Assembly: GCA_021613535.1 (NCBI GenBank)
Contig: CP075493.1
Coordinates: forward strand, 5,828,001 to 5,892,000
Direction: 5' to 3'
DNA from: Adineta vaga
Taxonomy: Eukaryota; Animalia; Rotifera
DNA length: 64,000 nucleotides
In this document: piece after piece, positions 41,164 to 55,698 of the stretch
How positions within the stretch are numbered: the first letter of the stretch is position 1
Layout of the letters: each line of letters starts with the position of its first letter
The notes under the pieces: generated by a model
What the model was told of the DNA's origin: nothing
Database searches by the model: none
The model's input: the letters and a program-made list of their open reading frames with translations, nothing else
Program-made: the position numbers and the translations under genes

Positions 41164-43897
41164 TCATTTCCTAATCAAGAAAATTGGATAAAGAATAGAA
41201 ATTATTAGATATAATGCTATATTGTTTGATAATGTTTGACCATGGTTCATTACTTTCTGTTTTGAATCTTGTCTTAGTGTCATATATGATCGACCTATAT
41301 GAAATTTTGATAATGTAAAAGAAAATTTCTTTCGAAGATAAAAAAGAAGATTCTTACGTGTTGTTTGTTCATCGATTTCTTTATAAAGTCGTTCACTAAG
41401 TGATCCATGTATATCATTATCATATGTATCGATCACAGTTGATGATGGTAAATGATCATTAATATTCATTGTATTCAATTCATCATCATATAAATCAAAA
41501 TTAGGTATATATTCAATTAAATTATATTTCTTTTTCGGTCGAAGTGATACAATCATTTGTTGTACTGGTATCATTTTTTTCTTTAAATCATCTAGTTGAT
41601 TACGTGTTAATTCCGCATGATTCGTAGATTTTGATACGAATGGAATGGATGGAAGTGACCATTGAATGAAATTACTATATAGAATAAACAAAAAATGAAA
41701 GTTAATTATATGATCGAAAAATATTCGATTCAGTAGAAAATAATTTCAATATAGAAATAATGGTTATTCACTCTTTTGATCTATCATATGAACTAGATCG
41801 AATAAAATTAACCTATTAATTGAGATTTTCATGTGGATGCTATTCATATTATCGATTCAAGGTGTCGAATACGAACTTGAATTGAAAATCGGGCAAATCT
41901 ATAATTTAAGCTTCAATGAACTGAAGAAAAAAAAGAACGATCAGAGGTTGTAAATCTATGCATACTTTTCAAGTTTTATACTTTGCACATTGGGCGACGA
42001 ATAAATGACATTGACTGCGCCATAAAGTAAGAGAATAACCTCAAAACGTCAATAGATGCAATCGTTTGTAGTTAACTATTTATTTCCTATCTCAAAATCG
42101 TAACACACAATTCATCACATCTTTATAGATTCTCGATAAAACAGAAAAGATTCGTCTTGATTTTGTTAACTAAAGCTATAAAAGAATTCTATTTGACCTT
42201 GTTCGACTAATCATCTTACTTCGTATTTTGTTTATCGATCTGTGTACATCGATTAGATTTGACAGCATAATTTGAATTGGAACAAATATCTGTAATTATC
42301 TGTTGTGTATATCGAAGAGACAGAGTATCAATAGATGATTGAAGTTGTTTAAGTAGGAAATGTAATGATCGATTCCATTGATAAACAAGTTCAGGTGATT
42401 CAATTATTGTTGGTGGTAAGGAAAGAATAGGACTAAAAGGTTTACCATTCGGATCGGGACAGGTTTTTTGAAGTTGAGTATATATATGACGACTATTTAT
42501 AGCTTTAACAACCATATCATACAGATAAATATGTAATTTCGAAAGACGTTCGACAAGCTTAATGAAGAATGTAACAAAAAATAAACGGACTAAATTTTTA
42601 TGTCTCATTATCAAAGACTTACTTTTAATTCAATAATTGCATGTTCGATATCTTGTATAACAATTGAATAATCTTTTATGATTGAAGCAAATACGACATA
42701 AGGATTAGTTGTTTGGTTAAAACAAGTTTGAGTTACATATCGACAATCATCTTCACATAAAGGTTCATTATCATCAGTTAGAATTTGATTAAACGATGTT
42801 GATTCACTAACACATAGTGGACATAAAGTTTCTCTTGCAAAACGTTGTATACATGAATTTGAAATCATGGTTGTTGATGTTGTTATCGATAGTAATCGTT
42901 GAATATCTGCATCAATATAAATTAACATTGTACGAAAGATTTGTATTAAAGATGAACCACTTGTTAAAATATAAAGTAATTCACGTTGAGTCGATAATGC
43001 ATCCATTTCAGAAGCTTTATTTATAAGACATTTTTGTAATTTATCATCGAGAAAACTATTTTTATCTTGAATCATAAATTGTCGATACAATGAAATAATT
43101 AAATGATTTAATAAATCAATCGTAGATTTCGATACATCATCAACAGATGATTGATTCTTACTAAGTATATTGAATAAAATTATAGTTGATTGATGAACAT
43201 TCGAACGATATTCTTTTGTACCAAATAATGATTCTAATGATGAGATTGTTAATCGACGTATTTCTGTAATATATTCTTTCGACCAAACTAAGAATGAAAT
43301 GATATGATCAGTGATTGGTGATGAATATCTACTCACTATCGATTTGTTCTTTTGATGTAGATAGTAATCGTGTTAAATGACTTAATTCTGCATCAACTAA
43401 CTTCTGTAATTCAGTACCATAGGATATTGCATAAGTATTCATAATTTCATGGGTACAACATGCTGGTCCAGATCCTATCTGTCCGCAAGCATCTTTCTGA
43501 ACTATAAATAATCAAAAGAATGTAAATAACAAGCTGTATGAGATAATTTCTTTTTATATCCGGAAGAAAATAAGTTTGACTGTTTTTTTTATGAAAACGT
43601 CTACATCGAAGACTTTCTTTTTATTTCTTTTTGTTGTTGTTGTTATTGTTGTTGTTGGCAAGGATGCACATCATTGATTTTGATTGTTTATGACAATATA
43701 GAAAAAAAACGTTATTTTAACTTACCTTTATATTGGCTACTAGCAAGTTTTTCTGTCCATGTGATGTACGGTTGAAGACGTTTGTTAATTGAATTACATG
43801 GATGACGTAATGCTAAGTTTTCTCGATAATTACCAGCAGAAAAGCTGAAATGTATCGAAGAAAACAATAGAATTAATAGATGAACTAGCCAAGACAT
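41164..43897 (-). CDS. Glypican-like GPI-anchored protein
   Basis: Signal peptide; ACGQIGSGPACCTHEIM; SCIQRFARETLCPLC..PLCEDDCRYVTQTC Cys pattern of glypicans; hydrophobic C-terminal signal. Confidence 0.8.
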
Positions 43898-46800
43898 ATA
43901 GTTTGTTCATTGATAAAACATTTTCTAAATTATCGAACAAAATCTAAAATGAACAAAAAAAACGTGAATAAAATCAATCGATGAATGAAGTGTTTTTTAT
44001 GCAAAATTATTTTACAGACCTCTGCACATGCACCATTTTTTCTCTTTCCTATATAACGACCTTCATATTCACGTATATATATATATATCTTTGTCTTTTC
44101 CTTTCTCTGTCTCTCTCGTTCTGTCTTTTTTCTTTATTTTTTTTTGCTCTGTCTTTCTTCGACGCTCAATTTTGTTTGTGATAATCAATCTAATCGTCTA
44201 TATTAATTTCCTTTTCTTTTTTAACTACATGGAAACCAAATAATATAACGTAATCTAATATGTTTGACAGGATCCAACATTCTTTCTTTTGACTTCATTT
44301 TCTTTTTATTAACAAAGAATAATTTAAGTATGACGCAAACTTCTAACAAAAGGTAATCGAAACCTTAGTATACACGACGATTTGAAATTATATGAGATTA
44401 ATCTTTTGTCTTACACATGTTTAAATCTTGATGTATGTATTCTAGTAAGTCGAGTAGTACTAATACATGTCGAAGAAAATGTTATACTCATTAATTTTTG
44501 CTTTCTATTTTTTCCAATCTGATTTGTTTTCTGTTTCTTATTAGAATTGTTATTGTGACATACACATTTATTCGATCTATTGCACAAAATATACCTTCTA
44601 TGTTGATATCGGTTTTTGTTTCTAGAAATGACCTTGTAGAAAATAATGTTTTACAAACGAATACACATAGATACATATCTCATCGCGGATTTTCTCTCTC
44701 TCTCTCTCTCTCGCTTTCGATAATTTTGTGATCTTCAAGGAGAAAAAATCACAGTATGTATAATCGAAGAAGAACGTGAAGGACAAGATATGTCGTTTTA
44801 TTTGCAATCTTTATTAACAGCAACCAAAATATATACAGCTCGTATCCTGTGCTCTTGTCCAAATACAGTCGAGATGTAAAAGAGGACTTATCATCTAGAC
44901 ATTGGAGAAAACACGCACATCCGTCTGTCTATGCATGGGCGAAAAGACTGTATATATATATGTTATTATTTCATTGATGAGAATAATGAAAGCAATGGTT
45001 TCTAAACGGAAGAAAAACGAGCTAAATTGTACGTACACCCACGAGATCTCTTGTTGTATATATGTCTCTATCTAATAGAACAGCAAAATACCATCGCAAA
45101 ATAGAACTAAGAGAACAAATCATACAGTCAATGTCATTATATTAACACTTGAAAAACAAAACTGATTAGAATGTCAGTAATGATACATCAAAAACATTTC
45201 ATATCAATTCAATAGGGAAAAAAGAAAAAGGAAAAGTAGAAGCAATCAATGTTGTTATCGAACATACTAACCTTATAGTTCTGTGAAATTGGATTCTTCT
45301 AAACATGAAAAAAAAGTCCTTCTTTTGGTGCTTACCTCTTCTCATTTAGAACATGTTTTAAATAGAAATAAAATCATGCGAATATATTTAACAGGTAGAA
45401 TATAAAGAACGTAAAGTAAATGTGACTGGCTGGCTTAAGACGAAGAAGAAGAAGAAGGGAAAAAAAGATGAGAAGATTTTTAGCTAAGTTTCTTAGTGTG
45501 TGGTTTTTCTTCTCTTCCTTTTTTCTTTCTTTCTCCACTCTCTCCATGCTTTCACTAATGATACAATCACGAATCATGGGATTAAAGAGCAAAATGATAA
45601 ATACCAATTTATGTCGAAAATAAGTAAAGATAAAATAAAACAATTGATGATTACATCGAATGTTCGAAGCCAAAATGACATATTACTATCGATTAGGTAT
45701 TTACGAGAAGAAGTAGTTGACAGTCAATATAATGAAACTATCTTTGTAAATGTACAGAAAAGAAAAATGACAGAATGATATATAGACATAAACTTAGGCG
45801 TATTACTCATGTAAATCTATAGAATAATTAGAACAACAGGTGACAATAGTTATTTGATAATAATGCATGAATGATTAGACTATGTTACCTACAAACAAAA
45901 GAAGAAGAAGTGATTAAATATCGGCGATATTTTTCTAACAAAAAAAAATGATCAATGATCTATCAAAAGGAAAAGATATCAAACGAGCGATAGTTAAACA
46001 TATAAGAAATACAGAAGAGATTTTCATGGTCAATATATAAAAGAAAAAAGAAACGGAAAGAGGAAAGTCATTTGAAATGATTGAGAACACCTACGGCACA
46101 ATGTCTACAGTATGATGACATTGATTTTGAAAAGAAAATTAATGATCAACGATTGATAATCAATATTGATGAAGAGAGAGAAAACGAAGAAAATAGATTA
46201 AATATATATATTTTTATTGTCAATTACTTTGATAAATGATACGACGAGAACTTCGATATTATTCTTTAACAGATATCAATATGCACAACTGCAATCAACG
46301 TGTATCAGAGTTCTTTGCTTGAGTATTTTCCTGTAAATCAACAAGGCAAGAACTATAAATAAGCGATTTATCCTTGTAGAATTATCTCACCATGATAAAA
46401 AACACAGTATGTTTTTGTTTTGACAGAAATTCTATCATATGAACTATACATACTGTTCTTCGTTACCAATATTACTTGAAATGATTACAAAACTACTATA
46501 TTTGTTACGTATCTTTGATCCTAAAATGTTTAGTGTTCTTCTACAAAAGACAGAGTACAAAGATGGCTAAACTTAACAAGAATATTGTAGTTGTTTTGTA
46601 GTTACGAATTAATTGATAAACGATAACGCCATGCTCATGGTCATCGGTTGATGTAGGTAATGTTCAGATACTTCTTCTTCTTCTCATCGTAAGAAAAGTG
46701 ATTGAATTTCGATGTAGTTAACTTGGTGTATTTATACTGTGAATTGACTTTTTTGATTAAAAATAAACAAACAAGGGTGGGTGTGGGTGGGTGATAGATT

Positions 46801-48550
46801 CTACAAATACTTTCTATCAATCGTTGTTCCTATTTCCCTTTCCCTAATATTCGAAGATAAAAATACAAATTTAACAAAACTGGTTGTGACAACACACTTT
46901 TAGATTTTTCTATATCTGAAGAACTACTGATTTCTGACATTTTGTCAAGACTTGGAAGCCATCATGTTCATTCAATACTGCTTAATTATAACAGGTATGT
47001 ACGTATACAGATAATGAAACGGTTGCTGATGTTTTCTACTAACTTTTTCCAACGAATTCGATTCAATTTTTCAGATACATCTTTGACTATGAATCTCAGC
47101 AAAATTACAAAACTTCTATTTTGCTTCTCCATGCATTGTTATAGTATAATTTGGTGTACTCTTTCTAGTTGTACAGTTATATTGAATTCATTGGCTGAAA
47201 TAGTTCTAGAATTCTGCGATTTTCTAATGAACAACGGACAGAGCAAGAGTTGGGTATGCTTTGATTATCAAATCCTTTCAAAATACATTTTGATAGGCAT
47301 AATTTCATTTACGACGACAATATCTCTACAAAACCCCTCTATTAGATTAGTTTCACATAAAATAAGATTACTTATTAGTTCATTAATAAGAAGTCAATAT
47401 AAGTCTCATGATTGTGAGAACTTGACGTATATCTTCTGCAAAAAATATGTTAGAGTCAAAAGTACCCACAGAGTGTAATTTGTGTCACAGCATGATAGCA
47501 GAAATTAGCAGTTCGTCAGATATAGAAAATATCAAACATAGCTCTGTTGATAAAAACGATCTATTACTATGACACAGTCAATTTTGTTAAATTTGTGTTT
47601 TCATCTTCGAATATTAGGGAAAGAGAAATAGGAACATAGATTGGTAGAAAGTATTTGTATAATCTCACACTCACATGTCATCAATTGTTCATAACCTTTT
47701 ATTGTTGAACTAGAAATAAAGATTTTTTCATGCACGACTATGGAATCTCAAGAGTTTTTTTAAACTCTCGTATTTTTATTTGTATTTCCCTTTCACCACT
47801 ACGCATTGTTGCTGCAACGTAGAAGATACGGAAACTCATGTTTTCTCGAGCTCACATATATTTTTCGAAGAAAAGTAAGTGAATGTGAGTTTTATGACGA
47901 GAAATTTGACCCGCTCTCCTCTCCACCGCCCCCATTACAGTCACAACCACGATTATAGGCAAACCTACATTATAGGAATAACCCGATTCCAAGCAAAAAC
48001 TCATTCTTCATTATAGAATTTTAATAAAAGGGCACCCTGAATCTGAGAGTAAAAATAATGACACTAATAGGCACAATCTTACTTATCAAATTAATATTTA
48101 GAATGTAAATAGAGAAACGTAACTATGAACATCTTTAGTTTTATAGAGATAATCTTTGCTTCATATTCATTGCAGTGACGTACAACAGTTTATGATAAGT
48201 CTTTTTTTTTCTTAACGGATCATATGAGAACACAACTTTGTATATTTTTATCATATTTTCATTAACATCTTCTACAGATTAAACTAGATAAACAATAAAC
48301 TTATTTCTACTTTATAATTTCTATCATGAAAAGATCTATATCGTTGAAAGGTTTTGCATATGTATGAAGATATGAATAGTTTGATATTTTAGAAAACAAA
48401 TACGTTAAGTAAAACTTATTCGGTTTCTCATAAGGTGAAGATCTAGAATAGATGTTTTCTTCCTGTTTTGACAATATTCGTATGATGTTTTCTAATTTTC
48501 AAAATTAGTCAATATAGTACGATATAGCTAAACAATTATAGTAAAGATTA

Positions 48551-48579
48551 ATGTATGTATGTATGTATGTATGTATGTA
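48551..48579. repeat. (ATGT)n microsatellite
   Basis: Directly visible. Confidence 0.9.
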
Positions 48580-49008
48580 CATTGAGAGTTGAGAAGAGTC
48601 AAATATCAGATAATTCTAACTTTTTTCATATATCATGGTTCTGAAAGTTTAAAGAACAACATAGTGCATTTAAACTATAATTGAAGTAGCTGCCATAAAA
48701 CAATTTTCTACCTTAATCTTATGGAAAAAGTAGTTTTCCAGAGTTTTATTTCGACAATATCCGTTTAATAAATTGTTTAGCAAAAACCTACCTGTAAATT
48801 AAGTGCAAAATCTTAGCGGATGGGCTTGTAGGCTGCTTATTTATTAATATGCTCTTTTTCTCTGATATTCAAATACGTTCATAGTCATTTTATTATTATT
48901 CAGAATAGAGTGTTGATAGTAATTAAAATCTAAATAAAACGTCGACTGGTGCAATCTCATTCGAATTGTCAATATAAATTTGCAAGCACTTTATACAAAC
49001 AAGCAATT

Positions 49009-49984
49009 ATGGAATCAATAGTTATGTTCATCAGTCTAGTAAGCCTGCTTGGTCCATCAATTCTTTGTACACTTTTTTTATTCTATCAATTCATTCGTTT
49101 ACCACAATTACGGCGACAATCACGAAATTTTCTTGTGATTTGTTTATTAATTATGAATTTCATTCAAGTGAAGATTCGCTTTTTGACTATTAGAATTCTT
49201 CACATGATTTTCATTCCTATTTTAGTTAGTTGTTGAATTGCCTCCTCGGTTATATTTTCTTTATACTCGAATAATTATATTCCCTTATCCACAATTTTGT
49301 GATCTTTGGAATTGGTGTCAATTTACATTCGTCTCAGTGAATTTATTGACGATTGCACTCGGATCTGTTGAAAGATATCTCTTAATTTTCGATCAACGAT
49401 TCGTTTCCAATCATTTAATACTCCTTCGACAAATTCCTTTACTTCTGTGCATTCTATCTCCAATTATTTTCTATAGTATCACAATCTACGGCGTGCAATG
49501 TGAAACAACATATATTTATAGCAATATTGGATGTGGTTTACCATGTTTCTTTTTTATTTCAACATTCGCTGTTATTTTCAAAAATATCGTTATGATTTGT
49601 GCACCCGTTATATTAACAATTGTCACAAGCGCTTTGTTACTTATTCGAGTTTATATTCAACGAAAAAAAATGCAACGACAACGAAATTTTTGGAAAGAAA
49701 ATGTCAAAATGATTATTCAATTATTGCCAATTATAATTCTTTATCTAGTTGTTTGGATTCCACTAAGTGTGTTATTTTACTTTTCAACATTTGGTACACA
49801 AACACAAAAATTGATTGTTCGACCATTAATTAATGATTATTTTGGAAATTTAAAATATTTTGTCAATTTAATCTATCCATTTCTCGTACTACTCGGTCAA
49901 ACTGAACTTCGAAATAAATTTAAAAATACCTTCTACATTTGCCTATCTACTTATCGAATAATAGAGTCTCAGCAATACCTTTAA
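49009..49984 (+). CDS. Rhodopsin-like (class A) GPCR
   Basis: Exons 49009-49167 and 49226-49984; about seven hydrophobic segments, FC..W, SVERY at the end of TM3, W.P in TM6, YPF in TM7. Confidence 0.88.
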
Positions 49985-50370
49985 CAAACTCTATATTACC
50001 AAGAATTCAATAACAAAGATGAAAGAATTATAAAAATCTATTCCCGTCTATGTTGTAAAAGTATTCCATATGTTTTGAATGAAAAGACGAAATAAAATTT
50101 CAAACGATCTTGTTGAAAACGTTCATTTCTTTATTTCTATATGTATCATAAAACATATTTTCGAATCAATCTACGAGTCTATTATTATCATTAAAAAGAT
50201 CTAGAATTTATTCGAAACAAAATGTTAATTGCTATTCAATCATCTACATTAGCTTTCAATTAAATAATGACCATAAATCGGTCATTTATTTCCATATTCA
50301 TTAGGAATACTTTTCTTTCGATTAAAAAGACAAATGTACACACACACACAAACAAAATCAATTATCTGAT

Positions 50371-52942
50371 TTATCCACATAATGTTAATACCATTGAAAT
50401 TAGTTCTTCGAGAATTTTTACACCTGATGGTGTAAATGCATGCTAAAGATAAATAAATGAATAAATTTATGAATAAATGGAATAGTTTTCTACTTACAGA
50501 CATATGCATAAATACAAAGAATTTCTTCAATATAAATGCCATGGTATCGAATTTCTTTTGTGGCATTAATTCTCGAATTTGTGTAATATAGGCTGTTCGA
50601 TCTCGAAGTAAAATAACTGCAAGAATAACACCAGTAAATGCAGCAACAAAAGTATTTTCCATATGACCCGCAGCTTTTTGTAATGCACGATTGAAATTTG
50701 CGCCATTTTCCTTCGTTGCTTTTTTATCTGAATCTTCATCGAAATCATCATCATTTACATCTTCCATCATCCAATCATTTTCTTCATGAGATTCAGCTCG
50801 AGCTGCCGATGATTCTTGTTCACAAAATAACTTTAAAAAAAACAAGAAAATTAATATTTCTTTCATTTTCCATAAATCATACTTTAGCAAGATATTCGTA
50901 GATTTTCAATGTACTACTATCAGGCATATTATCTTCCATCAGACGTTTGTAAATATGTTTGGTATTTTGTACGAGATTTATTAATAGATTAAGAGTCTAA
51001 ATATAAGATGATGAGATAAATATGAAAATGTATAAAAGATAACAAACCAAAGCAAGTGCATCGAATTTATCTTCACTACTGAAGGAACTTTTCTCAATAG
51101 TTACAAGTAAACGAAATAGATTGGAAAAAAATCGATCATCCGATATTAAACGATCACAGTTAACTTCTAAAAAACAACCGAAATTTAACGTAATATTCGT
51201 AATTCATAATTCAACTCACCACAATCATTTGTAAGAATAACTAATATTGACATGATGGCTTTACATCCTTCTCGGAATATATTACATGAATTTGAATCTT
51301 CTGTATTTGCTGTTGCCGTGTTCTTTGATAATTCTTGTTGTAACCAAATTAATGAAAGATCAAGTAATCTGAAAATATTTTTTTCTGTAAACAAAATTTC
51401 ATTTGTAAATTAGATGAAAATTTTACTTTGATTGTGAATGAAATAATGAGTATTGTTTACATTGAGCAATGTACATGCGATTAATATCCGTATTTGATGA
51501 GGATAATATCGATTGTTCAGAATTTTCATTAGCAAATTCTTCAAGCATATTGATATATCGACAAACTTTTTTATAACGTAAAGATAAGTCAATTAATGAA
51601 TAACATTGAAAATCATTATTCGATAAATCTTGTACTATCGAATCAACTAAAATTGAATTTCAATAGATTAATGAATCAAAGAAGTCTTTCACTTACTTGC
51701 ATCAATAATTAAATCAAAACCACCTAATGTACGTAATTCATTTTTCAGTGATTCTTTGAAATTATTATGACAGAGATTAACGAATGTTTCAAGAATAATA
51801 TCACATGACTATATAAAAGATGAAATAAAATAAACAAAAGAAGAAGAATGAAATGTTTATTCTTACATTGAATCTTTGGTCATAAAAAATATGATTGGAT
51901 AAGAATCTCTGGTTCATAGTAAGAATTCGTTCTTTCATTTTCTTATATTCTTGATCATTGATATCTATGGGTGAGGTTTTCTTTACTAAATCTAACATAA
52001 AATGTATTGCACTTGAATTTAATCCTGTTATTAAGATATCAGATGACAGGATGTAGAATATAAATGTTGTACATAAATTTAAACTCTAAGAAAAAGATTT
52101 TGTTATAGAAAAAAAAATCTAAGAGTCAATTAATATTACCGGAATATCTCGTGCGTCTTTTAATAGATCGAAAACTCGTTTAAGTGCATTGGTAGTACGT
52201 AGATGTGTACGAAATGATGGTTTTGTACATAATTCAGCAAATTTAACCACACTAAACAAAATGGACAAGAATTTGTTGAATGATTTCAATATTCATTCGT
52301 TGATTACCTAAGACAACGATCACTTAATGGTTTTTCAGGTTGAAATCCAGTTAAGAGATAATCCATTTCATCAATATAACTTTGTGTTTCATCAAGTTCA
52401 GCACATGTTGTCGGTTGTCGAATATTTGAGACGATTGCGTGCATCTATTTGAAGGAAAAACAACACGAATGTAAAATGAGTTAGAAGAAAGAGAAAAGTT
52501 TCAAACTTGTTTCCGTTCATTTTTTGGAAGAATTGCTCTTGTTTGTAATGTTGTATTCATTTTTGTTTCGTTATTATCTAAATCATATTCATCAGCATCG
52601 CCACCGAAAAATGCTTTATGATTCAATTGTGTTCGATTTGCCTTGATTAGAAGAATTGAAAAATAAATAGATGAATTTACTCAAAATTATTACTTTATAA
52701 TTTGTACTAAAAATCTTTCTTGGTCCTGAATAGATTGTTTTCGTTAATGCTCGTCTTGTGTGATTCAAAATTATTTTTTTCTTTGCGGTTGTCGTTGAAT
52801 TGTTAATTGTTGTAGTAGTAGTAGTAGTAGCAGAAATTGTAGTCGATACTGGAATATCATTGGAGATTTGTGTAGCTAACTGATCGATTTTATCAGTTGT
52901 ACGTGATTTTGAATTGAAGAATATTCCACGACGTGAAGACAT
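50371..52942 (-). CDS. WAPL: Wings apart-like cohesin release factor
   Basis: Spliced motifs IDEMDYLLTGFQPEKPLSDRCLSVVKFAELCTKPSFRTHLR and FNRALQKAAGHMENTFVAAFTGVIL match the WAPL C-terminal domain. Confidence 0.88.
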
Positions 52943-53193
52943 TGCTTTATATACACTTTTAGGAAAGAAAAGGTTTAAAGCAATTATATAATGTACAATG
53001 TTCTTTTCTGGTTTTGTTTATTATTTTGACAATCGATTTTCATTCGTTGAATGATTTCACCAATCAGATGACAGAAAGTTTTTTTTCATTCAATCAACGA
53101 TCTTGTATTTTGATAAATGAAAAAAATCATTTTTCTCTCATTTGCAATGAATATAACAAGGCAGAAAAAAAGACTTTAATAAGAAACAAGAAT

Positions 53194-54039
53194 TTATATG
53201 TCTATGAGTAGATTTAAAGAAAAAAGAACGAATAATAGATTGATCGGTGAGTTTTGTAATAAAATTGCTTGATCAGTAAATGCATTTTTATCAAGAAAAT
53301 ATTTGACACCAGCTCGACAACGCATATCTCGATTTCCATTTATTGTACAACCGTATAAACCACCTGGACATTCTCGATTCGCAGTTTTTTCAATAAAATC
53401 CATAAATAATGTCAATTGAGTAACATCATCTACAACTGGTATCGTTGAACAATTCGTTATATATGACAATGCACATATATAATAATCATAAGTATCTTTA
53501 CACCATTTTGCTTTTTCATAAACTGACCATTGAGGTTCAAAACGAACACGATTTTCAATCAATGGACTACACTGTTTTCCAGCCTAATGAAATTCCATTT
53601 AAATTAAATCTAAATTTCATTGTTCTCCTACCTTTTCTACATTACATATTGGCATTGGTGTTGTTGTCGATCTCATCGTGGTTGTCATTGCTGATCCTAA
53701 TGTTGTTAAACATCGATATTGTATAACAGTTACTTCACTAATTCCTGCACAATATCGACTTGTTCGCCAAGCATTACGTTTTAATTGTGCATCGAGGGAT
53801 TGTAATGCTGACGCATATTCTACACGCATATCGCAGCAGTGTAAACGTTCATTGATACAATCAGTATATGTTTTTCCAGCATCACAAAAAGCAAACAATT
53901 GTTCTTTGGTATATAATTCTGATTTCATTAATTCTTCATCATCTTTGGTTGGTCCTGGTGGACATTGTGATGCTTTTAAAATTTCGCATCCATAACTTGT
54001 CGAAATAAGAAATAAAAAGAAGAAGATATCATATATCAT
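53194..54039 (-). CDS. Secreted/GPI-anchored Cys-rich protein with two related helical domains
   Basis: Signal peptide; two C..C..C...Y..C...C..C units separated by a Thr-rich linker; one intron; hydrophobic C-terminus. Confidence 0.8.
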
Positions 54040-54543
54040 TTTCAACGATTGACTAATTAATGTTAAATAAGAACGAAGAACTCAATACAATATTATTTCT
54101 ATGTACAGAATGGATTAAACATAAGCTTAGGTCATCGATCGATGAGAGATAAAAATAAACATCAATTATTGAATGTTTATCTTTTGTCTGCTATACAATA
54201 CACGGTAACGGAGACAGGTTACCTTCAATAGTCATTGGAATGATTAATCTTCGATGAACGTTTTATTATATAAAGAAATTCACGAGCGTATTTTACTTAT
54301 GTTTCCTTCTCTTTGTTTCCTATACAAACCATAAGATGTCAAATAAAATTGGAAAAAAAAACAAAATCTTTATCCCTAACTTATTTGTTTGTGATTTCTT
54401 TCAACCAACACACAATTAATCAGACGACGACAACAACATGAAGAAAGAAAAAGATAAAATGAGTATATAAGAATAAAACCAACGAAGGAAAAAAATGAAA
54501 AGAAAAGTCGAAATCATATTGACTGCTTGATTAGTTGTTTTTT

Positions 54544-55449
54544 TTATAAATACTGAGAAAGCCAACGGAATGCTTCACCATAACCTTCTCGTCTTAATAC
54601 ACTACACATAAATAATTCCATAGGACGTCCATTGATATTTGCACGTGGAACAGTACCCTGAAACAAAAGTAATGTTTATAGAGGATTTGAATCAAGAATG
54701 AAGAAAGTATTTTACTTTTCCAGTTGTAGCACTTGAAATACCGAGTACGTAACGGAGTTCTTGTTCACTAACAGCTCCAGGTAGATCAATTTTATTGCCA
54801 AGAATCACAATAGGTGCATTAGCGACTTGTTCGTCAGTTAATAAACTCTAAAAAGATATCGTTGAAAAGAAAGAAAGAAAAAAAATGAAAGAAATACAAA
54901 CATCGAGTTCTGCTTTAGTCTCAGCGAAACGACTTCGATCAACTGAATCAACAAGAAAGACAATTGAATCCACAGCTGGAAAATAATCTTTCCAAACACG
55001 ACGAGCTAAAATGAATGCTATCATATCATAAATTCTGTATATTTCAAATCAATTACCTTGAGCATGACCACCTAAATCAAATGTTGTGAATTTCATATTT
55101 CCCATTACTAATTCTTCAGAAGCTAAAAAAATAGACATAAATCTTTCATTATCAAGAATAATATTCAATAACTTCCATACTTGGATGCAGTGTTGGTACA
55201 TGTTGAGCTAAACGATCATCTTTCAACATATGTAACAGAGTTGTCTAAATAATTCAAAAATGAAACTCGTTCAAAAAAAACAATCAATCGTACTTTGCCG
55301 GCATTATCAAGACCAAGAAACACCAATTTTCCACTTTTTTTATGTAAGCCTATATGATACGAGTTCATAAATAAATTAGATTTTCAAAACTAAGAAACTT
55401 TACCAAGTGCTGATAAAACACCAGTGAACCAATCCCACAAGAAACTCAT
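54544..55449 (-). CDS. SAR1: COPII small GTPase SAR1
   Basis: [74 protein letters not shown]. Confidence 0.97.
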
Positions 55450-55698
55450 TATATCAGTACGAACTTTAGCAAATAATGATCTTCGAAAAAGTAAGAAGCA
55501 AGGCAGGCACCCACACAGACACGAACGAACGTACGTACGTACTTCAACAATACTCTCTCTTTTTTTTGGTTCTTTATATGTACCAATCAATAGATAATTA
55601 TTGTTTTTTAGTAAGCGACATCTTCTCTCAAGTTGATTTGTCGATGTGAAATCAATCGACTCGAAAGCAATTTTATTCTTTCAATTTCAATTTCAATA
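55450..55698. promoter_or_regulatory. Probable bidirectional promoter between SAR1 and PGAP3
   Basis: 249 bp between divergent start codons; contains ACGAACGAACGTACGTACGTAC. Confidence 0.55.

Noticed and set aside
46942-47478. 178-aa plus-strand ORF
   Set aside because: No recognisable domain and a TTG start. The opposite strand is coding-like but has several stops, so at most it is an unidentifiable relic.
47740-48060. GC-richer segment with TACAGTCACAACCACGATTATAGG resembling a transposon end
   Set aside because: No matching partner end or target-site duplication was found in the window.
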